A DNA stretch of 38,460 nt from Occultella glacieicola (lineage in GTDB: Bacteria > Actinomycetota > Actinomycetes > Actinomycetales > Beutenbergiaceae): the NCBI RefSeq assembly GCF_004353825.1, contig NZ_SMNA01000011.1, positions 124,001 through 162,460 of the forward strand. The letters are read 5' to 3'. The notes beneath the pieces were generated by a model that saw nothing but the letters and a program-made list of their open reading frames with translations, had not been told where the DNA came from and made no database searches. Of the stretch, positions 29,282 to 38,460 are shown in pieces (positions within the stretch are counted from its first letter, which is position 1; every line of letters begins with the position of its first letter). The translations under genes and the position numbers were made by a program.

Positions 29282-32200
29282 TCACGCGGAGCCCGAACCG
29301 TCCGCTTCGGCGTCGTTCGCGTCCGGCTGACGGTTGTTCCCGCCCGCCTCGGTGGGCTCGGTCCCGGCCACCTCGCTCGGCTGCTGTGCTTGGAATGCTG
29401 CGTCGTCCGTGGCCTCGACCGGGGTCTGCACCACCGGGGCATCGCCGGAGCGCGCCAGGTTCGACGGCGCGGCGAGGGCCTCGTAGCTGCCCTCGACGAG
29501 CCGGACCTGGACCGGCTCGTCGCTGCCGTCGCCGAGCAGGGCGCCGTCCACCGAGGCCACCTCGGCGGCGGCCGCCTCGAACTGCGCGGAGTCCGAGGAG
29601 TCGCGGCCGATGCCGCGGGCGAGAGCGTCGAGACGCTCCGCGACCGAGCGGTCCGGGATCGGCAGCCGCGGCAGCAGACCCACGCTCGCGCCACCGGAAG
29701 CGTTGGCCGAGTCAGCAGGGTCGGCGGCGTCGATCGACGCCGAACCCGTGGCCGCAGCACCCGGATCCGCAATCGCGGCCTCCGAGGATCCGGCGGCCGC
29801 CGGGCTCTCGCCGGTGGCGATCCCCGCACCGGGGGCATGGGCGCCGACCGGGGCGTCCACCCCGTGCTCGTGCTCGTGGGCGTGCGCGGCCGCGGCCGCG
29901 ATGGTGGCGAGCGTGGCGCGCACCGCGGCCCGTTGCTCCGGGTCCACCTCCGCCTCCGGGGCCGGCACCTGGGCCGCTGACGCGGACTGGCGGCTGTCGC
30001 CACCGCTGCGCCGGTTGCCCCGACGGCGCCCGCCGCGGGTCTCCTCGGCCTCCGGCTCGGTCGGGCCGTCGTTCTCGACGGGATCGCTGTGCACGATGAA
30101 ACCGCGGCCGTTGCAGTGCTCACAGGTCTCGCTGAACGCCTCGACGAGGCCCTGGCCGACCCGCTTGCGGGTCATCTGGACCAGGCCGAGCGAGGTCACC
30201 TCGGCCACCTGGTGGCGGGTCCGGTCGCGGCCGAGGCACTCGGTCAGGCGCCGCAGCACCAGGTCCCGGTTCGCCTCGAGGACCATGTCGATGAAGTCGA
30301 TGACGATGATGCCGCCGATGTCGCGCAGCCGGAGCTGGCGGACGACCTCCTCGGCCGCCTCCAGGTTGTTCCGGGTGACGGTCTCCTCGAGGGTCCCGCC
30401 GGAGCCGGTGAACTTCCCGGTGTTGACGTCCACGACCGTCATCGCCTCGGTGCGGTCGATCACCAGGGACCCGCCCGAGGGCAGGTACACCTTGCGGTCC
30501 ATGCCCTTGGCGAGCTGCTCGTCGATGCGGTGCGCGGCGAACACGTCCTTGCTCTCGACCCAGTGGGTCAGTCGCGGCTCCAGGTCCGGGGCCACCGAGG
30601 CGACGTACTCCGAGATGGTCGACCAGGCCTCCTCACCGGAGACGGTCAGGGACGCGAAGTCCTCGTTGAACACGTCCCGGACCACCCGGGTGGCCAGCTC
30701 GGGCTCGCCCTTGAGCAGCACCGGTGCGGAGACCGACTTGCGGCCGGTCTTGGCCTGGATGTCCGCCCACTGCTTGGTGAGCCGCTCGACGTCGTTGCGG
30801 AGCTCCTGCTCGCTGGCGCCCTCGGCGGCGGTGCGCACGATCACCCCCTGCCCGTCCGGCACGATCTCCTTGAGCAGCTTCTTCAGACGCGCCCGCTCGG
30901 TGTCCGGGAGCTTGCGGGAGATCCCGGTCATCGCCCCGGACGGCACCAGCACCAGGTACCGGCCGGCCAGGGTGATCTGGGAGGTCAGCCGGGCCCCCTT
31001 GTGCCCGATCGGGTCCTTGGTGACCTGCACGAGCACGGAGTCGCCGGAGGACAGGGCCTGCTCGATCCGGCGCGGCTGGCCCTCGAGCCCGGCGGCGTCC
31101 CAGTTCACCTCGCCCGCGTAGAGCACGGCGTTGCGGCCCTTGCCAAGGTCGATGAACGCGGCCTCCATCGAGGGCAGCACGTTCTGGACCCGGCCGAGGT
31201 AGACGTTCCCGACCATCGAGGTCTGGGTCTTGCGGGCCACGTAGTGCTCGACGAGGACGTTGTCCTCGAGCACCGCGATCTGGGTGCGCCCGTCGCGCTC
31301 GCGCACCACCATGGCGCGCTCGACCGACTCCCGGCGGGCCAGGAACTCCGCCTCGGTGATGATCGAGCGGCGCCGGTTGGAGTCCCGGCCGTCGCGGCGC
31401 CGCTGGCGCTTCGCCTCCAGCCGGGTGGAGCCCTTCAGCGCGGTGACCTCGTCGCGCGCGGCGCGCGCCCCGTCGTCCGACCGGGAGCCACCGCCGCTGC
31501 TGCCGCTGCCGCCACGGCTGCGGCGGCGCCGCCGGCGGCGCGAACCACCCTCGGAGCCGTCACCGCCGTCGGAGTCCTCGGCAGGTTCGGAGTCCTGCGC
31601 GGTGTCGTCCTCGGCGTCAACGTCCGTGGCGGCTTCCGCGCCGTTGCCCTTGGGCCCGTTGCCCTCGGTGCCGTTGGCCTCGGGCTCCTCACCCTCGGAC
31701 TCGTCGCCGGCGCCGTCGTCACCGGAACCGGAGTTCGCCGGCCGGCGCCGCCCCCGGCCACCGCGACGGCGTCGACGCCGGTTCGGCGCGCCGCTCTCGT
31801 CCGTGGTGTCCGTGGTGTCGGCCTCGTCCGGCTGCTCCGACCCGGTCTCGTCGGCTCCTGCCGCGGGCACGGCCTCCGGCTCCTCCGCCTTCCGGCGACG
31901 ACTCGCGGGCCGCTCCTCGGCGGCGACGCTGCGCTCCGGCGGGCCCGCCGGAGCGGCTGCCCGACGGCTGCGGCGGGCGACGTCCGGTGCCTGGAACAGC
32001 AGGGCGGTGGCGGGCAGGCGCGGGGAACCGTCGTCGGTGTCGTCCTCGGTGTCGTCGTCCTCGGAACCGGAGTCCTCGTCCTCGGCGTCCTCGTCCTCGG
32101 CGTCGGTCTCGATGCCCACGCCGGTGTGCCGGTCGCGCTCGGGCAGGTCGATGTCGACCCGCGCCAGTTCCTCGGCCGGCTCCTGCTCGCCTTCGCCCTC

Positions 32201-32860
32201 GTCGGGCTCCACGCCGAAGGCCGCGAACACATCCAGGGTCGGTGCGGGAGCGGGTGCGCCTGCCGCGGCGCCGGCCCGGCGGGAGCGCCGAGCGCGCTTG
32301 GGCGCCTCAGTTGGCGCTTCGGTGCTGGCTTCGGTCGTCGCGACGGCGTCCGGCTGGTCAGCTGTGCCGGTGGCGGTGCCGGTGCCGGTGGCGGCGTCGG
32401 TGGCGGCGGTGGCGTCGTTGTCGGCCTTCTTCCGCGACCGGGAACCGGACGCCCGGCGCTTCTTCGGGGCCGGCTCAGCGTCCGACGGCGCAACGGGGTC
32501 CGCGGGCGTGGCACCCGGTCCGTCGGTCACCTCGGGCGCGTCGGTCGCCTCGGGCGGCGCGCTCGCGTCGCTCTCCTCGGCGACCTTCTTCTTGCGGGGG
32601 CTGCGCTTGCGCGCCGGCTTGCTCGGCGCCTCCGGCTCACCCGAGGCGTCCGGCCCTGCCGACCCTCCGTCCGCACCGTCGCTCGGGAGCGAGCCTGCGC
32701 CGTCGGCCGCCTGTGCCGCCTGAGCGGCCGCGTGCTCCTCGGGGGTCATCACCGGCCGGGTGGCACGGCGGGAGCGGCGCGGGCGCGGCTGCTCGGCGGG
32801 GACCTCGGTCGGCTCCGTTGCCGCGGTCTGTTCGTTGGGGTTGATGTCGTTCTCTGTCAC
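29282..32860 (-). CDS. rne: Ribonuclease E/G with long disordered N- and C-terminal extensions
   Basis: VGNVYLGRVQNVLPSMEAAF, VQVTKDPIGHKGARLT, DVNTG, GGIIVIDFIDM, Zn-link CEHCNGRG. Confidence 0.97.
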   Translation of the reverse strand: MTENDINPNEQTAATEPTEVPAEQPRPRRSRRATRPVMTPEEHAAAQAAQAADGAGSLPSDGADGGSAGPDASGEPEAPSKPARKRSPRKKKVAEESDASAPPEATDAPEVTDGPGATPADPVAPSDAEPAPKKRRASGSRSRKKADNDATAATDAATGTGTATGTADQPDAVATTEASTEAPTEAPKRARRSRRAGAAAGAPAPAPTLDVFAAFGVEPDEGEGEQEPAEELARVDIDLPERDRHTGVGIETDAEDEDAEDEDSGSEDDDTEDDTDDGSPRLPATALLFQAPDVARRSRRAAAPAGPPERSVAAEERPASRRRKAEEPEAVPAAGADETGSEQPDEADTTDTTDESGAPNRRRRRRGGRGRRRPANSGSGDDGAGDESEGEEPEANGTEGNGPKGNGAEAATDVDAEDDTAQDSEPAEDSDGGDGSEGGSRRRRRRRSRGGSGSSGGGSRSDDGARAARDEVTALKGSTRLEAKRQRRRDGRDSNRRRSIITEAEFLARRESVERAMVVRERDGRTQIAVLEDNVLVEHYVARKTQTSMVGNVYLGRVQNVLPSMEAAFIDLGKGRNAVLYAGEVNWDAAGLEGQPRRIEQALSSGDSVLVQVTKDPIGHKGARLTSQITLAGRYLVLVPSGAMTGISRKLPDTERARLKKLLKEIVPDGQGVIVRTAAEGASEQELRNDVERLTKQWADIQAKTGRKSVSAPVLLKGEPELATRVVRDVFNEDFASLTVSGEEAWSTISEYVASVAPDLEPRLTHWVESKDVFAAHRIDEQLAKGMDRKVYLPSGGSLVIDRTEAMTVVDVNTGKFTGSGGTLEETVTRNNLEAAEEVVRQLRLRDIGGIIVIDFIDMVLEANRDLVLRRLTECLGRDRTRHQVAEVTSLGLVQMTRKRVGQGLVEAFSETCEHCNGRGFIVHSDPVENDGPTEPEAEETRGGRRRGNRRSGGDSRQSASAAQVPAPEAEVDPEQRAAVRATLATIAAAAAHAHEHEHGVDAPVGAHAPGAGIATGESPAAAGSSEAAIADPGAAATGSASIDAADPADSANASGGASVGLLPRLPIPDRSVAERLDALARGIGRDSSDSAQFEAAAAEVASVDGALLGDGSDEPVQVRLVEGSYEALAAPSNLARSGDAPVVQTPVEATDDAAFQAQQPSEVAGTEPTEAGGNNRQPDANDAEADGSGSA

Positions 32861-33202
32861 GGGTCGTGCTCCCGGTGCCCGGTACCCCAGCCATACCCGC
32901 CTGGTGCCCGTGGGCTGTTCGTCGGCGTCGCCCCGCGGGGCGGCCGTGAGAAAGTCGTAGGTGCCTCGGGCCTCGCGAGTGCTCGCGTCGACCGTCCGCC
33001 GATTCCATCACGCACCATGTGGGCACGTTCTCCGGGTGGTCGGTCCTGGCCCGCGCCTTGCCTGGTGGCGGCGCGTGTTCCACAACCCCAACTACCTTTG
33101 CCGATGTCGTCGGGCTCACCGGCAGGTATGGGACTGACCGGCTCGCCGCGGCCAGTATCGCACAGGGCACCGGGGCCGTGAGGTGACACGCCGTCGTGAT
33201 GC

Positions 33203-33244
33203 GGGACCTTGGTCCCAGACCACCGGAAGGCACCGACCTAGCGT
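33203..33244 (+). promoter_or_regulatory. cydA promoter: GGGAC-N4-GTCCC palindrome (DosR/OsdR-type box) and -10 TAGCGT
   Basis: GGGACCTTGGTCCC at 33203-33216; TAGCGT at 33239-33244. Confidence 0.6.
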
Positions 33245-33290
33245 TGAGGGCACCGTTCCTCCCCGCTCTCGTGAAGGCTGGCCCGCACCG

Positions 33291-34781
33291 GTGGAAGCAC
33301 TCGACGTAGCCCGTTGGCAGTTCGGCATCGTGACCGTCTACCACTTCATCTTCGTTCCGCTCACGATCGGCCTGGCCCCCCTGGTCGCCGTCATGCAGAC
33401 GATCTGGACGTTCACCGGGAAGGAGAACTGGTACCGGCTCACGAAGTTCTTCGGCAAGCTCCTGCTGATCAACTTCGCCATCGGGGTGGTCACCGGGATC
33501 GTCCAGGAGTTCCAGTTCGGCATGAACTGGAGCGAGTACTCCCGGTTCGTGGGAGACGTCTTCGGAGCGCCGCTGGCCATCGAGGGCCTGGCCGCGTTCT
33601 TCGTGGAGTCCACGTTCCTGGGCCTGTGGATCTTCGGCTGGGACCGGCTGCCGAAGAAGATCCACCTGGCCTGCATCTGGGCGGTGGCGGTCGCGACGAA
33701 CGCCTCCGCGTTCTTCATCCTCGCCGCGAACTCGTGGATGCAGCACCCGGTCGGCGCGATCTTCAACGAGCAGACCGGGCGCGCCGAGATGGTCGACTTC
33801 GGCGCGGTGCTGACCAACAACACCCTGGTCGCCGCGTACACCCACACCGTCGCGTCCGCGATGCTGGTGGCCGGGACCTTCGTCGCGGGGGTGGCCGGCT
33901 GGCTGCTGGTACGCGCGGTCCGCAACTCCGATACCTCGCTCGCCCGGACCGTGTACCGGCCCGCCGCCCTGCTCGGGCTGGTCACCATCGTGATCGCCGG
34001 CGCCGGAGTGGTCGTCAGCGGCGACTACCAGGCCAAGCTCATGTACGAGCAGCAGCCCATGAAGATGTCCTCGGCGGAGGCCCTGTGCGAGGGCGAGAAC
34101 GGGGCGGACTTCTCCCTGCTCACCATCGGTGACCTGTCCAACAGCTGTGAGGGCGTGCAGCACATCCTCACCCTCCCGGGCGTGACCAGCTACCTCGGTA
34201 CCGGCGACTTCGACGGGTACCTGCCCGGCGTGGAGGACCTCCAGACGCAGTACGAGGAGCAATACGGCGAGGGCGTCGACTACCGCCCGAACCTGGCCCT
34301 GACGTACTGGTCGTTCCGGCTGATGATCGGATTCGCGGCCGGGTCGGCGGCGCTGGCGGTCGTAGGACTGTGGTTGCTGCGGCGCGGCCGGATCACGGAC
34401 TCTCGGTGGTTCGGGCGACTGTGTCTGGTGGCGATCCCGATGCCGTTCGTGGCCGCCTCGTTCGGGTGGATCTTCACCGAGACCGGGCGCCAGCCCTGGG
34501 TGGTGGCGCCGAACCCGACCGGCGTGGACCTGGTCTGGATGCTCACCGCGGACGGGCTGTCCACCACCGTGCCCGTCGGTGAGGTGCTCGCCTCCCTGCT
34601 CACCTTCACGGTGCTCTACACGGTGCTCGCGGTCGTCTGGTTCACCCTCATGCGCCGGTACGCCGCGATCGGGGTGGCCCCGGCGGCGTCCGGGCCGTCC
34701 TCGGGCGCGAAGCCGGACGACCCGGGCGGCACCGACGGCAGCGCCGAGTCCGAGTCCGAGCCCCTGTCCTTCGCGTACTGA
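33291..34781 (+). CDS. cydA: Cytochrome bd ubiquinol oxidase subunit I
   Basis: GTG 33291; ARWQF...YHFIFVPLT, QEFQFGMNW, ANSWMQHP, QPMK, GWIFTETGRQPW. Confidence 0.98.
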   Translation: MEALDVARWQFGIVTVYHFIFVPLTIGLAPLVAVMQTIWTFTGKENWYRLTKFFGKLLLINFAIGVVTGIVQEFQFGMNWSEYSRFVGDVFGAPLAIEGLAAFFVESTFLGLWIFGWDRLPKKIHLACIWAVAVATNASAFFILAANSWMQHPVGAIFNEQTGRAEMVDFGAVLTNNTLVAAYTHTVASAMLVAGTFVAGVAGWLLVRAVRNSDTSLARTVYRPAALLGLVTIVIAGAGVVVSGDYQAKLMYEQQPMKMSSAEALCEGENGADFSLLTIGDLSNSCEGVQHILTLPGVTSYLGTGDFDGYLPGVEDLQTQYEEQYGEGVDYRPNLALTYWSFRLMIGFAAGSAALAVVGLWLLRRGRITDSRWFGRLCLVAIPMPFVAASFGWIFTETGRQPWVVAPNPTGVDLVWMLTADGLSTTVPVGEVLASLLTFTVLYTVLAVVWFTLMRRYAAIGVAPAASGPSSGAKPDDPGGTDGSAESESEPLSFAY

Positions 34782-34793
34782 GTCGAGGAAGTC

Positions 34794-35831
34794 ATGGATC
34801 TGCCCCTGCTCTGGTTCGCCATCATCGCCTTCTTCTGGATGGGCTACCTCGTCCTGGAGGGTTTCGACTTCGGCGTCGGCATGCTGATGCGGCCGCTCTC
34901 CAAGGACGACACGGACCGCCGTCTCGTCATCAACACCATCGGCCCCGTCTGGGACGGGAACGAGGTGTGGCTGATCGTGGCCGGCGCCGCCACGTTCGCC
35001 GCGTTCCCCGAGTGGTACGCGACCATGTTCTCGGGGTTCTACCTGCCGCTGCTGGCGATCCTCGCGGCCCTGATCATTCGTGGGGTCGCGTTCGAGTACC
35101 GCGGCAAGATCAACGACGACGTCTGGCGGGCCCGGTGGGACTGGGCGATCACGATCGGGTCCTGGGTCCCGGCCGTGCTCTGGGGGGTGGCGTTCGCGAA
35201 CTTCGTCCGCGGGGTGCGCCTGGACGCCGACCACCAGATGGTCTCCGGGTTCTTCGAGCTGCTCTCCCCGTTCGCGCTGCTCGGCGGGGCCACCACGGCG
35301 CTGCTGTTCGCCCTGCACGGCGCGATCTTCATCAGCCTCAAGACCGACGGGCAGATGCGCGAGCGGGCCGGGCGCACCGCCGCCGCGCTGGCGGGGCCGA
35401 CGCTGGTGGTGGCCGGGGGTTTCGCGGTCTGGGCGCACTCGGCGCACGCCTGGACCTGGGCGCCGGTGGGCGTGGCCGCGGCCGCCCTGGTCGGGGTCGT
35501 GGTCGCGACCCGGGCCCGCCGTGAGGGCTGGGCGTTCACGCTCAGCGCGCTCACCATCGCCGCCGTGGTGGTGGTCATCTTCGGCTCGCTGTTCCCGAAC
35601 GTGCTGCCCGCGATCAACGACCCGGCGAACTCGCTGACCATCGCGAACGCCTCGTCCACGGACTACACGCTGACGATCATGACCTGGGTGGCGGCCTGCC
35701 TGACCCCGTTGATCCTGGCCTACCAGGGCTGGACCTACTGGGTGTTCCGCAAGCGGCTGACCACGTCCGCGATCCCCGCCCACATCGGCCTGCCGCGCAA
35801 GCACCCGACGAAGGACCCGGCCCGCTCGTGA
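34794..35831 (+). CDS. cydB: Cytochrome bd ubiquinol oxidase subunit II
   Basis: LEGFDFGVG, IGPVWDGNEVWL, FAAFPEWY. Confidence 0.98.
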   Translation: MDLPLLWFAIIAFFWMGYLVLEGFDFGVGMLMRPLSKDDTDRRLVINTIGPVWDGNEVWLIVAGAATFAAFPEWYATMFSGFYLPLLAILAALIIRGVAFEYRGKINDDVWRARWDWAITIGSWVPAVLWGVAFANFVRGVRLDADHQMVSGFFELLSPFALLGGATTALLFALHGAIFISLKTDGQMRERAGRTAAALAGPTLVVAGGFAVWAHSAHAWTWAPVGVAAAALVGVVVATRARREGWAFTLSALTIAAVVVVIFGSLFPNVLPAINDPANSLTIANASSTDYTLTIMTWVAACLTPLILAYQGWTYWVFRKRLTTSAIPAHIGLPRKHPTKDPARS

Positions 35832-37690
35832 GCAAGCCCCTCGACCCACGCCTGCTCCGCCGGGCACGCGCCGCGCGCACCTACATCCTGGTCGCGGCCG
35901 CCCTCACGGTGGCGATGACGGCGTGCGTGGTGGGCGGGGCGGTCCTGCTCGCCCGTGCGGTGGCCCCGGTGATCACCTCCGACGCCACGATCGCCCAGGT
36001 GCTGCCGCAGATCGCGTGGGTCGGGGCGCTGTTCGTGGTGCGGGCCGTGCTCGCCACGGTCTCGGAGTCGATCGCGCACCGCAGCGCCGTCCGGGTGATC
36101 AACCAGTTGCGCGAACAGGTGCTCACCCACTCGGTGGAACTCGGGCCGCGGTGGCTCGCCACCAACGGCACCGACACCGCCACCCTGGTCACCCGGGGCA
36201 TCGAGGCCCTCGAGCCGTACTTCGTGCGCTACCTGCCGCAGTTGTTGCTGACGGCCGTGCTGACGCCGTCGGTGCTGGCGGTGATCGCCGGGATGGATCT
36301 GCTCTCGGCCGTGACGATCGGCCTCACCATCCCGCTGATCCCCCTGTTCATGTGGCTGGTCGGGGTCGCCACCCAGAAGTACGCGGCGGACCGGTTGGCG
36401 GCGCTGTCCCGTCTGGGGAGCCGGCTGCTGGACCTGATCGCCGGCCTGCCCACCCTGCAGGCGTTCGGACGTGCGCTCGGCCCCGTCCGCCGGGTCCGGG
36501 AACTGGCCGACGCGACTCGCCGCACCACGATGGCGACGCTGCGGGTGGCGTTCCTGTCCGGTGCGGTCCTGGAGCTGCTCGCCTCCCTGTCGGTGGCGAT
36601 GGTCGCCGTCGGGGTGGGGCTGCGGCTCGTCTACGGCGAGCTCGACCTGGTCACCGGGCTGGCGGTGCTGATCCTGGCCCCGGAGGTGCTGCTGCCGCTG
36701 CGCCAGGTCGGTGTGCACTTCCACGCCGCGGCGGACGGGGTGGCCGCGGCCGAGCGGGTGCACGCCGTCCTGGACACTCCGGCCGGCCGGTCCGGCGTTC
36801 CCACCCGGTCGGTCCGGGCCGTGACCGCGCTCGAGTGGGACGGCGTGAGCGTGCGCGCGGGGGACCGCGACTATGCGGCGCCCGCGGGTCTGCGCGGAGT
36901 CGTGCGGTCGGGGACGATCACGGCGCTGGTCGGCCCGAACGGGTCCGGGAAGTCCACGGCAGCGATGACCGCGCTCGGCGTGCAGGCCCCGGACGTCGGC
37001 CGGGTGTTGCTGCACACCACCGACGGCGTGGTGCCGCTCACCGAGGTGGCCCCGGACTCGTGGTGGACCCAACTCGCCTGGGTGCCGCAGCGTCCCGTGA
37101 TCGAGCCCGGCACCCTGCGCGAGTATGTCACCGGCGGTGAGAGTGTCGAAATGGCGACCACAACAACACTCTCGGCAGCACCCTCGGCGGCGGCCGCGAC
37201 CGGACCCACCTCGCAGACCAGCGACGAGAGTGCCGAAATGGCAGCCACAACAGCACTCTCGGCGGCGGCCGCGGCGACCGGTTTCGCCGAGGCGCTGGCC
37301 GGCCTGCCGCTCGGCTGGGACACCCCGGTGGGGCGGGGCGGCGTGGGCCTGTCCCTCGGGCAGCGCCAACGCCTGGCCCTGACCCGTGGGCTGCTGCACC
37401 CCGGCCGGTTCCTGGTCCTCGACGAGCCGACCGCCCATCTGGACGCGGCGAGCGAGGCACAGGTGCTCTCCACCCTGCGTGCGGCCGCGGACGCCGGGAA
37501 GGGGGTGCTCGTGATCGCGCACCGGCCCGAGCTCATCGCCGCCGCGGACCACGTGATCGAGGTGTACGCAGGCCCGCTGCCCGACGGAGCCGAGCGGTCC
37601 GACCACGACGCCGATCCGGAGGCCACGGCCGGGCCTGCCGCCGCCGAGCCCAGTGCCGAGCCTGCCGAACTGCCCGGGGTGGCCCGATGA
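35828..37690 (+). CDS. cydD: Thiol reductant ABC exporter subunit CydD
   Basis: YFVRYLPQ, TLRVAFLSGAVLE, Walker A GPNGSGKST, LSLGQRQR, Walker B LVLDEPTAHLD. Confidence 0.95.
   Translation: MSKPLDPRLLRRARAARTYILVAAALTVAMTACVVGGAVLLARAVAPVITSDATIAQVLPQIAWVGALFVVRAVLATVSESIAHRSAVRVINQLREQVLTHSVELGPRWLATNGTDTATLVTRGIEALEPYFVRYLPQLLLTAVLTPSVLAVIAGMDLLSAVTIGLTIPLIPLFMWLVGVATQKYAADRLAALSRLGSRLLDLIAGLPTLQAFGRALGPVRRVRELADATRRTTMATLRVAFLSGAVLELLASLSVAMVAVGVGLRLVYGELDLVTGLAVLILAPEVLLPLRQVGVHFHAAADGVAAAERVHAVLDTPAGRSGVPTRSVRAVTALEWDGVSVRAGDRDYAAPAGLRGVVRSGTITALVGPNGSGKSTAAMTALGVQAPDVGRVLLHTTDGVVPLTEVAPDSWWTQLAWVPQRPVIEPGTLREYVTGGESVEMATTTTLSAAPSAAAATGPTSQTSDESAEMAATTALSAAAAATGFAEALAGLPLGWDTPVGRGGVGLSLGQRQRLALTRGLLHPGRFLVLDEPTAHLDAASEAQVLSTLRAAADAGKGVLVIAHRPELIAAADHVIEVYAGPLPDGAERSDHDADPEATAGPAAAEPSAEPAELPGVAR
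37139..37260. repeat. Two 35-bp palindromic REP-like units, in frame within cydD
   Basis: GAGAGTGTCGAAATGGCGACCACAACAACACTCTC (37139-37173) and GAGAGTGCCGAAATGGCAGCCACAACAGCACTCTC (37226-37260); 31/35 identical, 87 bp apart. Confidence 0.8.
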
Positions 37691-38460
37691 CCGCGCCGGC
37701 GGGCCCACCGCACCTGCGGGCGCCCGACCGCCGTCGCGGCGGGCCGGAACTCGCCGCGCTGCGCCGGATCCTTCCGCTGCTGCACGTCGACCGGGGCCGG
37801 GCGGTCATCGCGGTGCTGTGCGGGACGCTCGCGCTGGGCAGCGCCGTCGGCCTCGCGGCCGCGTCCGCGTGGCTGATCGCCCGCGCCTCCGAGATGCCGC
37901 CGGTGATGCACCTGGGCGTCGCCGTGGTGGCCGTGCGGGCGCTCGGCATATCCCGTGGCGTGTTCCGCTACCTGGAGCGGCTCTCCTCGCACGAGGTGGC
38001 GTTGCGCGGGGTGGTCGACCTGCGCACGAACGTGTACCGGATCCTCGCCGGTGGGCACCCGGAGGCGACCGCCGGCATGCGTCGCGGCGATGTCCTGGCC
38101 CGGGTCGGCGCGGACGTCGACGCGGTCGGTGACGTGGTGGTCCGGGCGCTGATCCCGACGGCGGTCGCCGTCGTGGTCTCGGCGGGCACCGTCGCCCTCG
38201 TGGCCGCGTTCTCCCCCGCCGCCGCGGCCATCCTGGCGCTCGCCCTGCTGGTCGCGGGGATCGGTGCGCCCACCCTCGCGGCCCTCGCGGCCCGGCGCAG
38301 CGAGCTGGCCGGTGTGCAGGCCCGCGCGGACGTCGCCGCGGCGTCCATGCTGATCCTCGACGGCGCCACCGAGCTGCGCGTGTCCGGTCGCCTCGCCGGC
38401 GCCGTCGCCGACCTGCGCCGCGCGGAGGCCCGGGTCGCCGCCGCCCAGGACGCCGCCGCC
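37687..38460 (+). CDS. cydC: Thiol reductant ABC exporter subunit CydC (3'-truncated by window end)
   Basis: ATGA overlap with cydD; SAWLIARASEMPPVMHL.VAVVAVRALGISRGVFRYLERL.SHEVALR. Confidence 0.95.
   Translation, partial: MTAPAGPPHLRAPDRRRGGPELAALRRILPLLHVDRGRAVIAVLCGTLALGSAVGLAAASAWLIARASEMPPVMHLGVAVVAVRALGISRGVFRYLERLSSHEVALRGVVDLRTNVYRILAGGHPEATAGMRRGDVLARVGADVDAVGDVVVRALIPTAVAVVVSAGTVALVAAFSPAAAAILALALLVAGIGAPTLAALAARRSELAGVQARADVAAASMLILDGATELRVSGRLAGAVADLRRAEARVAAAQDAAA

Noticed and set aside
31450..32860. Long acidic and Arg-rich low-complexity N-terminus of RNase E as a novelty
   Set aside because: Disordered extensions flanking a central catalytic domain are normal for actinobacterial RNase E.
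30089..35867. Very long ORFs 30089..33181 (+, 1030 aa) and 32637..35867 (-, 1076 aa), and similar ones such as 12014..13987, 14873..16483, 27593..29980, 35735..37708
   Set aside because: Antisense or off-frame shadows of rne, cydAB, proA and others; Arg/Gly/Pro-rich with no motifs, as expected from stop-codon scarcity at high GC.

Overview
High-GC actinobacterial chromosome segment (Micrococcales-like; inferred from gene order and protein style). Positions 1 to ~11,180 are the right arm of a genomic island at the 3' end of tRNA-Ala(GGC). It holds two paralogous heparinase II/III-type polysaccharide lyase genes, a carbohydrate ABC importer, an internally deleted IS3 and a doubly frameshifted tyrosine integrase. 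The rest is the actinobacterial core block rne-...-rplU-rpmA-obgE-proB-[insert]-proA-nadD-...-rsfS-His phosphatase-tRNA-Ala on the minus strand, plus cydABDC on the plus strand. A ~6.3 kb accessory block separates proB from proA and holds the two most interesting items. (1) A translationally coupled operon encoding a SLATT/DUF4231 membrane effector, a stand-alone SLOG protein, and an ectodomain-multiTM-TIR-like protein; this is a candidate nucleotide-signalling conflict or defence system. (2) A sulfur-responsive locus where a sigmaA-type promoter drives a SAM-IV riboswitch, then an unannotated 34-codon Cys/Met-rich ORF (…MCCCPMPAMSAMP…), then a luciferase-like monooxygenase gene, divergent from two flavin reductases. 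Also notable are two in-frame palindromic REP-like repeats inside cydD and a DosR/OsdR-type box at the cydA promoter. All family calls come from motif recognition by eye; no database searches were run.
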